A stretch of DNA of 64,000 nt. Origin: a virus. Under the pieces are notes generated by a model that saw nothing but the letters and a program-made list of their open reading frames with translations, was not told the origin of the DNA and made no database searches. Position 1 is the stretch's first letter, and each line of letters starts with the position of its first letter. Positions 42,520 to 50,752 of the stretch are shown here, in pieces. The stretch covers positions 1-64,000 of IMG/VR virus record IMGVR_UViG_3300050120_000170. One strand, given 5' to 3'. Both the position numbers and the translations under genes were made by a program.

Positions 42520-42865
42520 TGAGGTCTTCCTTCTGTTGGGCCAGGACGGCCTCCGCCTTCAGCCGGGCCTTCTTACCCTGCGTCGTCCAGCGCGGTATCG
42601 TATCGGTGGACCTCCAGACCAGGATGTCCTTCAGGACCGGGGCGAGCCGCCGCCCGAAGGGGGTGTCCACCTCCTCCATTTTGCCCGAGGGATCGGGGAC
42701 CTTATTGGAGAGCTGAACGTCCACCGTGAACGGGTCGTTGTCCCACCGATGGAGGGCCTTGAGTGCCTCGTCCCCCCGGCGGAAGTGGTAGACGTGCTGG
42801 AGGCACATGGTCCGGACGATGAGCGTGAGGTTCATTTCCGGTAGCTTCGGTGTGGCAGTGTTCAT
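42512..42865 (-). CDS. hypothetical protein
   Basis: 117-aa ORF in the leftward operon. Confidence 0.45.
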   Translation of the reverse strand: MNTATPKLPEMNLTLIVRTMCLQHVYHFRRGDEALKALHRWDNDPFTVDVQLSNKVPDPSGKMEEVDTPFGRRLAPVLKDILVWRSTDTIPRWTTQGKKARLKAEAVLAQQKEDLSG

Positions 42866-43131
42866 TGGGTCTCTCCTGGGAGCGAGCCGAACGCTTTCAT
42901 GAACAGCTGTTCGGGGGTCTCCTCGATGTCGATACAGAGGGGCAGGGGGATGAACGCGCGTTCCGGGTCCTTCGGGGTGGGGCCAATGGACTGGTCTCCC
43001 GACCAGACCCGGGTGTATGAGGGGTGGTGTTGTTGCGAGATAACCATCATCGAGAAGACGGAGTTGAGGTTGATCCAGATCGGGTCCTTACTCGGGAGGC
43101 AGATGGCCTTAACCCAGTTACAGCCGTTCAT
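42862..43131 (-). CDS. hypothetical protein
   Basis: 89-aa ORF, coupled to its neighbours. Confidence 0.45.
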   Translation of the reverse strand: MNGCNWVKAICLPSKDPIWINLNSVFSMMVISQQHHPSYTRVWSGDQSIGPTPKDPERAFIPLPLCIDIEETPEQLFMKAFGSLPGETQ

Positions 43132-43577
43132 ATTCTCATCTCCGCGACGGTGACCCAGTTGTTCTTGAATGCCTCCCGGATATCCCGGCGAGTGGCTCCG
43201 CGTCGCAGAGCCGAGCCGAGGGTCTGCCCCGGGATGAAGTACTGATAGCGGTAGAAGGAGGGTGTTGTGGGGAGCCTCGGGTTCTGAACCACCGAGATAA
43301 TCCGCCGGTCGTCCGGCGAGGGCTTGCGCCTCGGGAGGAGCGGGTAGGGCTTAGGAGGCCGGGGCGGCAGCTTCTGGATCGGGTGCCCGATCAGGGCCTC
43401 TACCTCGGGGAGGAGGCTGAGGTGGAGCAGTTCTAGGACCACATCGGCCTGACCGAGATGCTTAAGGACGAGAGCATCCCAGAGTGGGAGGTTCGCGTCT
43501 AGGTTTAGCTTGATTTGGAGGGCTCGGGCGACCCCGGGCGAGAAGGATTGTATGACTGGAAGATATTTTGGTAGCAA
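43128..43577 (-). CDS. hypothetical protein (first gene of leftward operon)
   Basis: 149-aa ORF. TTG start with an AAGGGGGA SD. Confidence 0.45.
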   Translation of the reverse strand: MLPKYLPVIQSFSPGVARALQIKLNLDANLPLWDALVLKHLGQADVVLELLHLSLLPEVEALIGHPIQKLPPRPPKPYPLLPRRKPSPDDRRIISVVQNPRLPTTPSFYRYQYFIPGQTLGSALRRGATRRDIREAFKNNWVTVAEMRI

Positions 43578-43809
43578 AGTTGTTCCCCCTTGAGTTAGGC
43601 ATTTTCTACGAACGGTTAACTACGGGTAGAGTGCATATACCTGGGCCATGACCCAAGTCTAGGGGGTCCACAAAATAAATTTAGGTCCGTTATTCCCGTT
43701 TCGTTCTCGTGAAAAGGTCCGCTTAATCCGCTTACCAGGGTGGTTTTTTGCGGAACGATTAGGGAACGTGGTCCAGGAACCGAGGGGTGCCGCGAGAGTG
43801 GCTTGGTAA

Positions 43810-43991
43810 AGAATATCGTGGAAAATCAATAGATGTGGGTCCGCTCTCCTACATATCAGAAAAAGGATAACGGATTTTTGATGGAGGTGAAAAGTGTATT
43901 TATACCGGGGGGTTAAGGTATGCAGGTCCGCTATACCCCAAAGTAGGCCTAGCGCGCGCGTATCCGTACCTCCGCGTAAGGCGCGGGCGAC
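43810..43991 (+). repeat. 182-bp control-region block, copy B (partner at 10264-10444)
   Basis: See copy A. Same orientation, between the leftward operon and the NusG-like gene. Confidence 0.85.
43833..43916 (+). CDS. 27-codon micro-ORF inside repeat copy B (speculative)
   Basis: MWVRSPTYQKKDNGFLMEVKSVFIPGG, preceded by GTG GAA AAT CAA TAG. Same length and frame as copy A despite a diverged middle. Confidence 0.3.
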   Translation: MWVRSPTYQKKDNGFLMEVKSVFIPGG

Positions 43992-44089
43992 AATTGCTGG
44001 GGTACCTGACTGATGGGGCCGGGGGCTTGCCTTTGTTTTTGAGATCGGTTAGGAATTGCCCCTCATCAACCGAGGGAGCTGAACTGGGA

Positions 44090-44572
44090 ATGTGGATGGT
44101 CACGACCTTACAACCTGGAGGTTTGACCAAGGCGCAGGACAACCTGAAGGCTCAGTCATTTGAGCCCTACGCCCCCCGGTTCTTTGGAGACTTCGGAAAA
44201 CCAGAATTTCTATTTCCAGGCTATCTGCTAGTCAAGTTCCAGGCCGAATGGGGTCCAATCCGGAGCACGCGTGGGATCGCGAATGTGCTCATGGAGGGGC
44301 TCCGGCCTGGCTTGATTAAGGATGAAGAAGTTGACCGTTGGAAGGACGCCGAGGCCCCGGACGGGCTGATCAGGCTCCCCCGCGTGCTGACCCAGCCGCG
44401 TTTCCGGAACGGGCAGCGCCTACGTTTAGTCAACGGCTCCCTCGCCGGGAACCGAGGCTCCACAGTCATATACCAGAATCAAGAACCCCAGGAGCGGTGC
44501 GCAGTGCTCATGCGCCTTCTTGGGAAGCAGCTGAGCGTCGTGGTGCGTGAGGAGGACCTGGTAGCCCTCTAA
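44090..44572 (+). CDS. NusG/RfaH-family transcription antitermination factor
   Basis: Start moved to MWMVTT. NGN-like W-V..A...L..FEPYAP..LFPGYLLVKF..IRSTRGI, plus a KOW-like FRNGQRLRLVNGSLAG segment. Confidence 0.65.
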   Translation: MWMVTTLQPGGLTKAQDNLKAQSFEPYAPRFFGDFGKPEFLFPGYLLVKFQAEWGPIRSTRGIANVLMEGLRPGLIKDEEVDRWKDAEAPDGLIRLPRVLTQPRFRNGQRLRLVNGSLAGNRGSTVIYQNQEPQERCAVLMRLLGKQLSVVVREEDLVAL

Positions 44573-44637
44573 CAACGGCCAAGGCCGGGCTACCCGTTCC
44601 CTCACTGTCATCGGTATAACCCCCAGTCCAGGGGTCC

Positions 44638-44649
44638 GGCGGTAGCTTG
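44638..44649 (+). promoter_or_regulatory. ops-type element GGCGGTAGCTTG
   Basis: Matches all 10 specified positions of the RfaH recruitment consensus GGCGGTAGnnTG on the non-template strand. Sits in the 99-nt gap after the NusG-like gene. Confidence 0.55.
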
Positions 44650-44671
44650 CCCAAACCAGAGAGAGGATGTC

Positions 44672-45055
44672 GTGGGTCACCAGCTTAACACCGAGATATC
44701 ATTCAAGGCCCGGGAGACCCTGAAGGCGGAGGCCGTCAAGCGGGGTCTCTCAGGGCGTACCCTGCTCGGCCTAATCCTGGAGAGGGTCATCCTGGTGGTG
44801 GGGGTGGATACCTTCATGGAGGATGAGGGCAAGGTGTACGAGGTCGCGAAGCGAGCCCCCCGGGGCAGCCGGACGCGGACCCGCAGCGATATCCGACACG
44901 TGACCCAGAGCCACGATCCGGATCGGCGGCTGCCGAGTGGCAGTGTGGTTCAGATGAGGCGGCGCAACTACGACAAGCCTATGCGCCACGCACCCAAGAC
45001 CAAGGCTGAGATGTACGAGGACCTCCGCCAGGCCGTCCTAAACACCACAGGCTGA
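44672..45055 (+). CDS. possible ribbon-helix-helix DNA-binding protein
   Basis: EISFKARETLKAEAVKRGLSGRTLLGLILERV has a strand-helix-helix pattern. GTG start. Lies directly before the small terminase. Confidence 0.4.
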   Translation: MGHQLNTEISFKARETLKAEAVKRGLSGRTLLGLILERVILVVGVDTFMEDEGKVYEVAKRAPRGSRTRTRSDIRHVTQSHDPDRRLPSGSVVQMRRRNYDKPMRHAPKTKAEMYEDLRQAVLNTTG

Positions 45056-45056
45056 T

Positions 45057-45701
45057 GTGATGGCCCGGAAGGGTGAACCCCGGGCACCTGGAGCGGGGGT
45101 CAAGAAGCGAGCCCCCGAGGATAGGCCCCTATCAAAGAAGATGAAGGCCCTAGCGGACTTCTACCTGGTGCCGGGGACCTCGGGACAGGACGCTGCGATC
45201 AAGGCCGGATATCCGGCTCCGTCAGCCTCCTCCCAGGCCAACTGGGTCCTGAGCCGCCCGAACGTCGCCCGGTATGTCGCCGAGCGCCAGGTCAAGCTAC
45301 AGGCTAAGCACGACGTCACGCTGGATCGGGTCATCCAGGAGTTCGCGAAGATCGGCTTTGCGAACATGGATGACTACCTCGTGGACGACGGCTCTGGCCC
45401 TCGGTTCCGGCTCCTCGGCGATATCGGGCGGGACAAGCTGGCGGTGGTCACCGAGGTTACGGTGGATGTCAGGAAGGAATTTGAGGGATACGGTAAGGAC
45501 CGCGAACACGTGGCCAACACCGAGCGCGTTCGGTTCAAGCTGGCCTCCAAGGTGGAGGCCCTGAACCTCCTCGGCAAGCACCTCGGGATGTTCCCGAAGG
45601 AGAGCTCAGGAGGCGGCTCGGGCGATTGGGACCCGGATCAGCCGCGCAAGATCGTGGTGGAGGTTGTCGGTGGCATGTCTAGGTCACCGCCCAAGAAATG
45701 A
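45057..45701 (+). CDS. terminase small subunit
   Basis: KALADFYLVPGTSGQDAAIKAGYPAPSASSQANWVLSRPNVARYVAER is a typical Terminase_2-type HTH region. Confidence 0.7.
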   Translation: MMARKGEPRAPGAGVKKRAPEDRPLSKKMKALADFYLVPGTSGQDAAIKAGYPAPSASSQANWVLSRPNVARYVAERQVKLQAKHDVTLDRVIQEFAKIGFANMDDYLVDDGSGPRFRLLGDIGRDKLAVVTEVTVDVRKEFEGYGKDREHVANTERVRFKLASKVEALNLLGKHLGMFPKESSGGGSGDWDPDQPRKIVVEVVGGMSRSPPKK

Positions 45702-47077
45702 GTACCGCTGCGGGCCGTAGGCTGAAGAGTGAGCGAGGCCCCGAGGTTCATTTCAAGATGGAGCTGCCGGACCTCTACCCGGACCAGCTCCAGGCGTTTG
45801 AGACGCTGGCTGACGAGCAATACGCGATCCTGCGCTGTGGCCGCCGGTACGGCAAGACGACCTACGGCGGTGAGTGGGCGATAGGCGGTGCCAACTACGG
45901 CGGCCTCGCCTCGGGACAGAATGTTGGTTGGTTCGCTCCCTCCTACAAGATCATGGCGGAGGTCTACTACGAGCTGAGCCAGATGCTGGAGCCGATCAAG
46001 CTTCACGCATCCAAGACAGACGGCGTGATACGGACGGTCACCGGCGGGCGGATCGACTTCTGGACGTTGGAAAACCTAGACGCAGGCCGGTCGCGCAAGT
46101 ACCACCGGATCGTGATTGACGAGGGAGCCTTCACGAACGACGAGACGATGATGGACCAATGGGAGAAGGCTATTGAGCCCACCCTGGCGGACTACAACGG
46201 ATCGGTTCTGGTCTGCTCCAACACGAACGGAGTGAACCCGAACAACTTCCTTTACCGCATCTCCCCCGGTGGTGCCGACACCCCGGGGCCGGACGGACGA
46301 GGAAGCAAGTTCCACTTTCGTGAGTACCACGCACCCTCGTCGCGTAACCCGTTCCTCTCCAAGCAGTTCTTGGAGAACAAGAAGGCGAACAGCCACCCAC
46401 TGGTCTGGCGGCAGGAATACCTCGCCGAGTTCGTGGACTGGTCTGGTGTGGCGTTCTTCAGTCTGGACAAGCTGCTGGTCAACAACAAGCCGGTCCCGAG
46501 GCCGCCCCGGGTTGATGGGGTGTTCGCGGTCATCGACACGGCGGTGAAGACCGGCAAGGACAACAACGGGACGGCGGTGACGTTCTGGGGCCTAATTAAC
46601 AACGTGCCCGCCCCGCTCGTCATTCTGGATTGGGACATTCTACAGATTGAGGGCAGCCTGCTAGAGACCTGGCTCCCTACCGTGTTTCAGAGGCTAGAGG
46701 AGCTGGCCCGGGTCTGTAAGGCCCGCAACGGCTCCCTCGGGGTGCACATCGAGGATAAGTCAACGGGCATGGTTCTCCTCCAGCAGGCGTTGAAGCGAGG
46801 ATGGCCCGCTCACCCGATCAACGGCAAGCTGACCGGGATGGGCAAGGACGAGCGGTGTATCAACGTCTCCGGCGACGTATACAACGGGAAGATCAAGTTG
46901 AGCCAGGAGGCCTACGACAAGGTGATGGTATACAAGGACGTTAGCCAGAACCACCTCGTCAGCCAGGTCACCGGGTTCCGGGTGGGAGATAAGAAGGCCG
47001 CGACCCGGGCGGACGATTTATTGGACACGTTCTGCTATGGGATCGCCATAGCGATAGGGAACCCTGATCTATGGTAA
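45698..47077 (+). CDS. terminase large subunit
   Basis: CGRRYGKTT (Walker A), RIVIDEGAF (Walker B), and a C-terminal RNaseH-like VIDTA region. Confidence 0.85.
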   Translation: MSTAAGRRLKSERGPEVHFKMELPDLYPDQLQAFETLADEQYAILRCGRRYGKTTYGGEWAIGGANYGGLASGQNVGWFAPSYKIMAEVYYELSQMLEPIKLHASKTDGVIRTVTGGRIDFWTLENLDAGRSRKYHRIVIDEGAFTNDETMMDQWEKAIEPTLADYNGSVLVCSNTNGVNPNNFLYRISPGGADTPGPDGRGSKFHFREYHAPSSRNPFLSKQFLENKKANSHPLVWRQEYLAEFVDWSGVAFFSLDKLLVNNKPVPRPPRVDGVFAVIDTAVKTGKDNNGTAVTFWGLINNVPAPLVILDWDILQIEGSLLETWLPTVFQRLEELARVCKARNGSLGVHIEDKSTGMVLLQQALKRGWPAHPINGKLTGMGKDERCINVSGDVYNGKIKLSQEAYDKVMVYKDVSQNHLVSQVTGFRVGDKKAATRADDLLDTFCYGIAIAIGNPDLW

Positions 47078-47295
47078 AAACAACCTTAGCTCTCCTTATT
47101 TTGTCCGCGTCAGCGGCTCATGCGGAGAAGCCTTGTGCGCCGTGTGCCACCTATGTGGGATCGTCCTATGGGTGGATACTGCCCTCTGGTTACCACGACA
47201 AGGACGGTCACTACGTCGCCTGCCCTCTTAGGGTCGCCGAGCCGTTCTGTGTAACTCCAGCGGATCGTGCCCTGCTGCGAGGCTTGTTACGTTGA
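47071..47295 (+). CDS. small secreted Cys-containing protein
   Basis: Signal peptide MVKTTLALLILSASAAHA. Confidence 0.45.
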   Translation: MVKTTLALLILSASAAHAEKPCAPCATYVGSSYGWILPSGYHDKDGHYVACPLRVAEPFCVTPADRALLRGLLR

Positions 47296-48875
47296 GCGTC
47301 CTCGGCACCAACCAATCCACGCTGAACGGCTCCCTCTCCGAGCTGCTGCGGGCGGACGAGATTGAGCCGGGCACCGAGCCCGGCTATCAGACCTGTAAGA
47401 CGATCTACACGCAGCACCCGCTCGGGGCCAAGATGGCCGAGAGCCCGATCAACCTGGCTCAGAGCCAGCAGCGTGAGATCACGATCCCGAACAGCCCCGA
47501 GGACCGCATCCGGGCGGCCTTCCTGGACGAGTGGGAGGCCATCGGCGCAGATGGTCATATCTTCAACACGATGCGCCTGGCTCGGGCCTACGGGATCGCG
47601 ACGATTGGTCTGCTGGCCGAGGGCGTCCCGGCGGACCGGCCCATTGACTACAAGAACCTGTCCAAGCTGACCATTGGGTTCAACAGCTGGGACCCGCTGA
47701 ACACTTCGGGTTCTCAGGTCCGGAACCAGGACCCCAACGCGATAGACTTCCAGAAGTCTCAGGGGGTCACGGTCCAGGGGACGACGTACCACCGCTCCCG
47801 CACCGTCGTCATGTTGAATGAGAGCCCGATCTATATCAGCTACACCGTGTCCGCGTTCGGGTACTTGGGCCGCTCGGTCTATCAGAGAGCCCTGTTCCCG
47901 CTGAAGTCCTTCGTTCAGTCCATGATCACGGACGACATGGTAACGAAAAAGGCCGGTGTACTGATCGCCTCGCTGAAGCAGGCCGGGTCCGTGATCAACA
48001 ACCTGATGGCTTCCATCTCCGGGGTGAAGCGAGCCCTCCTCAAGGAGGCGGAGACCAACAACGTCATCTCGATCAGCGCGACCGACAACGAGAAGATCGA
48101 AACGCTGAACATGCAGAACCTTGACGGCGCTTATAGCCTAGCGCGCAAGAACATTCTGGAGAATATCGCCGTCTCGGCGGACATGCCCGCGATGCTGCTC
48201 AACTCGGAGACCTTCGCGGAAGGGTTCGCGGACGGCTCCGAGGACGCCAAGGCCGTCGCCCGCTACATCGACCGGGTGCGGGTCCAGATGTCCCCGCTGT
48301 ACAAGTTCTTTGATAAGATCGTCATGTACCGGGCCTGGAACCCGGAGTTCTACAAGACGATCCAGAAGGAGTTCCCGGACACCTACGGCAGTGTGCCCTA
48401 CACCAAGGCGTTCTTTGACTGGACCAACTCCTTCTCCGCCCAGTGGCCGAACCTGCTCACCGAGCCGGACAGCGAGAAGGTTAAGGTGGACGACGTGAAG
48501 CTGAAGGCGGCCATCGCCATCGTGGAGAGCCTCCTCCCCGCGATGGACCCGGAGAACAAGGCCGTAGTCATCGAGTGGTTGGCGGACAACCTCAATGATA
48601 TGAAGTTCCTGTTCACCTCGCCGCTCACGCTGGACTACAAGGCCCTCGCTGAATACGTCCCCCCGGTTATGGCCATGGGCGGTGACAACGCCGAGGGCGG
48701 AGAGCCCAAGCCGAGGAACGAGGGGGAGAGCGAGGCCAAGGCGGATCGGGTCAGCCCGGCGATGTCCGCCTACAACGACGCGGTGGAGCGGCTCCAGAAG
48801 AAGCCTCGCCTGCGGTTGCTCCGGGGCGGCGGCTCTACGACGGTGCGTGGGATGCTGGAGCATCGAGCTAACTGA
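47292..48875 (+). CDS. portal protein
   Basis: 527 aa, directly downstream of the large terminase with an acidic C-terminus. Called from position and size. Confidence 0.75.
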   Translation: MSVLGTNQSTLNGSLSELLRADEIEPGTEPGYQTCKTIYTQHPLGAKMAESPINLAQSQQREITIPNSPEDRIRAAFLDEWEAIGADGHIFNTMRLARAYGIATIGLLAEGVPADRPIDYKNLSKLTIGFNSWDPLNTSGSQVRNQDPNAIDFQKSQGVTVQGTTYHRSRTVVMLNESPIYISYTVSAFGYLGRSVYQRALFPLKSFVQSMITDDMVTKKAGVLIASLKQAGSVINNLMASISGVKRALLKEAETNNVISISATDNEKIETLNMQNLDGAYSLARKNILENIAVSADMPAMLLNSETFAEGFADGSEDAKAVARYIDRVRVQMSPLYKFFDKIVMYRAWNPEFYKTIQKEFPDTYGSVPYTKAFFDWTNSFSAQWPNLLTEPDSEKVKVDDVKLKAAIAIVESLLPAMDPENKAVVIEWLADNLNDMKFLFTSPLTLDYKALAEYVPPVMAMGGDNAEGGEPKPRNEGESEAKADRVSPAMSAYNDAVERLQKKPRLRLLRGGGSTTVRGMLEHRAN

Positions 48876-49708
48876 TGGCGGGTCCGCAGCGCGAATACTT
48901 TGACACGATCACGGCGGCGGTCAACGACCTCGTAGAGCATGGTTTTGATTCGATGGATCGGGTCAACTACTGGACCGAGGAAGTGCGCAAGGCCGCCGTG
49001 CGGGCGTCCGCCTCTCCGGAGCGGCTCCAGCAGATGCTTTCGAACTACCTGACGCTGATCTACACGCGGCTGGTGGACCAGGGACAGATCGCGCGGTACC
49101 ATCCCGGGGTTGCGATGTTTACGGTGGATCGGGTTAGGCCGGAGCTGCGGGCGGAGTTGAACCGCCGCATACTGGCCTCGGCTGAACTGATCAAGCTGAA
49201 AAAGGCCGCCACCATAGAGAAGACCCTCCAGCGGTTCCAGGGCTGGTCTACCTCGTTGCCCAAGGGTCCGTCCCGAACCACGGACAAGCCCGAGGTGAAG
49301 GCTGATATTACCAAGGCCCTGAAGCAGCACACTTTCGAGGAGCGCCGGGTGCTCATCGACCAGGGCCACAAGCTGACCGCCTCGATCAACGAGGTAGTGG
49401 CGGCGGGCGGGGGGGCTATCGCTCTGGTGTGGCACTCGCACTGGCGTCAGGCCGGGTACAACTACCGTGAGGACCACAAGGAGCGGGATGGCGAGGTCTA
49501 CCTCCTCCGGAATAGCTGGGCCACTGAGCGAGGCCTCGTCAAGCCGGGTCCGGCTGGATGGTACGACAACGTGACCGCCGTGGCTGAAGAACCCTATTGC
49601 CGCTGCTATGCGCAGTACCTGTACAACCCTCGGGACCTCCCGGCGGAGATGTTAACCAAGAAGGGCGAGGAGCAACTTGCCCTCGCCCGCCGGGCTTTGG
49701 CGTCATGA
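48875..49708 (+). CDS. head morphogenesis protein (Mu F / SPP1 gp7-like)
   Basis: Follows the portal gene. WHSHWRQAGYNYREDHKERDGEVY resembles the conserved R..H...DG motif. Confidence 0.6.
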   Translation: MAGPQREYFDTITAAVNDLVEHGFDSMDRVNYWTEEVRKAAVRASASPERLQQMLSNYLTLIYTRLVDQGQIARYHPGVAMFTVDRVRPELRAELNRRILASAELIKLKKAATIEKTLQRFQGWSTSLPKGPSRTTDKPEVKADITKALKQHTFEERRVLIDQGHKLTASINEVVAAGGGAIALVWHSHWRQAGYNYREDHKERDGEVYLLRNSWATERGLVKPGPAGWYDNVTAVAEEPYCRCYAQYLYNPRDLPAEMLTKKGEEQLALARRALAS

Positions 49709-49908
49709 GCGTCTCTGAGCTGTGGGCGAGGTCCGAGCCCGAGGTCCGCAAGCCGGTGAAGGCGGTAGCGGACCCGGTGGAGAAGGCCAAGCTGATCCGG
49801 GAGTTCCAGGAACGGCTCGGGCTTCCGGTGGATAACAAAAAGTTCAACGAGTGGCTCACCCTGTGCGTGGGCTCCCAACAGATACAGAAGGGAATAGCGG
49901 ATGGCTGA
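49705..49908 (+). CDS. hypothetical protein
   Basis: 67 aa starting at the ATGA overlap. Confidence 0.45.
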   Translation: MSVSELWARSEPEVRKPVKAVADPVEKAKLIREFQERLGLPVDNKKFNEWLTLCVGSQQIQKGIADG

Positions 49909-50752
49909 TGAAAAGGACACCGATCCCCGCAAGGTGACCAAGTACAAGGTCTCCGGGACCTTTTACAATCCTTCCGCCAAGGAGAAGACGGACAAGTTTG
50001 AGGAAATGGTAGAAGGCGAGGAGATGTCCGAGGGAGCGGCCAACTCGGCGTTCTACCAGCAGCACTCCAAGAAGTACCCACACTACAAGATCAGCTCCAT
50101 CGAGAAGCAGGAAGCTGCGAAGGCGGACGCTCATGCGGACGTCACCCGCTACCGAGATTTTGTGATTGTCGAGAACAAGGGTTCTTTTGACTTGTATTAC
50201 GACAATATGACGTTCATCAAGAGGTTCAAGACTATGGCCGAGGCCAAGGCTAAGGCGGATCATATCCTTGGTGGTTCTCGGAAGGACGGCGACACCGATA
50301 CCCAGCGAAGGGCTGATGGTGCCGGCACGAGAGACGAAGGGGCCTCGGCGCAGAAGGCCGGGAAGTCTCGTTCAGATAATCCGTATCCCGTGGGATCAGT
50401 CTCGGCTCGTTCTTGGAACAACGGGTACAGTGAAGCTGAGAACTCGAAGAAGGACGGTGACAAGGGCGTCCCGCAGACCGACACCCAGCGCGCGGGCAAG
50501 CGGATGGACGCCGAGGTGCTGGACAAGGTCGCCGACACCGTCGCCCGGATCGCGGACCGCTTCGGAGCCTACGTGGACCGGGAGATGTGCCGGATGGATG
50601 CTGAGGTGGAGAAGACCTTCAAGGTGTTCATAAAGATCAAGGATAAGGAGCGTGAGGTGTACCAAAAGGCGGCCTCCGCCGAAGAAGCTATCAAGAAGGT
50701 GAAGGAAACACTTTCTGGTGAAGAGAAGCGTTGGGCCTCGGTGTTCGTTTGA
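49901..50752 (+). CDS. Lys/Asp-rich protein with Rmf/CrpP-like motif
   Basis: GASAQKAGKSRSDNPYPVGSVSARSWNNGY resembles the G..A..G....NPY.......W..G(W/Y) motif. Lower GC than its surroundings. Confidence 0.4.
   Translation: MADEKDTDPRKVTKYKVSGTFYNPSAKEKTDKFEEMVEGEEMSEGAANSAFYQQHSKKYPHYKISSIEKQEAAKADAHADVTRYRDFVIVENKGSFDLYYDNMTFIKRFKTMAEAKAKADHILGGSRKDGDTDTQRRADGAGTRDEGASAQKAGKSRSDNPYPVGSVSARSWNNGYSEAENSKKDGDKGVPQTDTQRAGKRMDAEVLDKVADTVARIADRFGAYVDREMCRMDAEVEKTFKVFIKIKDKEREVYQKAASAEEAIKKVKETLSGEEKRWASVFV

Noticed and set aside
43994-44089. N-terminal extension of the NusG-like ORF, and similar extensions of 15550, 25399, 27157, 28263, 36819, 39533..40171, 41452..42045 and 54556.
   Set aside because: The extensions run through intergenic or upstream-gene sequence and have junk-like composition. 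Internal starts with SD sites or ATGA/GTGA coupling fit the conserved N-termini.
43578-44089. Search for tRNA, ncRNA or CRISPR-like structure in the 513-bp intergenic region and the other gaps.
   Set aside because: I recognised no cloverleaf-compatible sequence (no GTTCGAATC-type T-loop with a matching acceptor stem) and no regularly spaced repeat-spacer array. The repeats present are operator-like short motifs.
49761-49768. Additional GGCGGTAG ops core inside ORF 49705..49908, and AGCGGTAGCGTT at about 55935.
   Set aside because: Positions 11-12 do not match the TG of the consensus, and both lie inside coding sequence. One or two 8-mer hits per strand are expected by chance.
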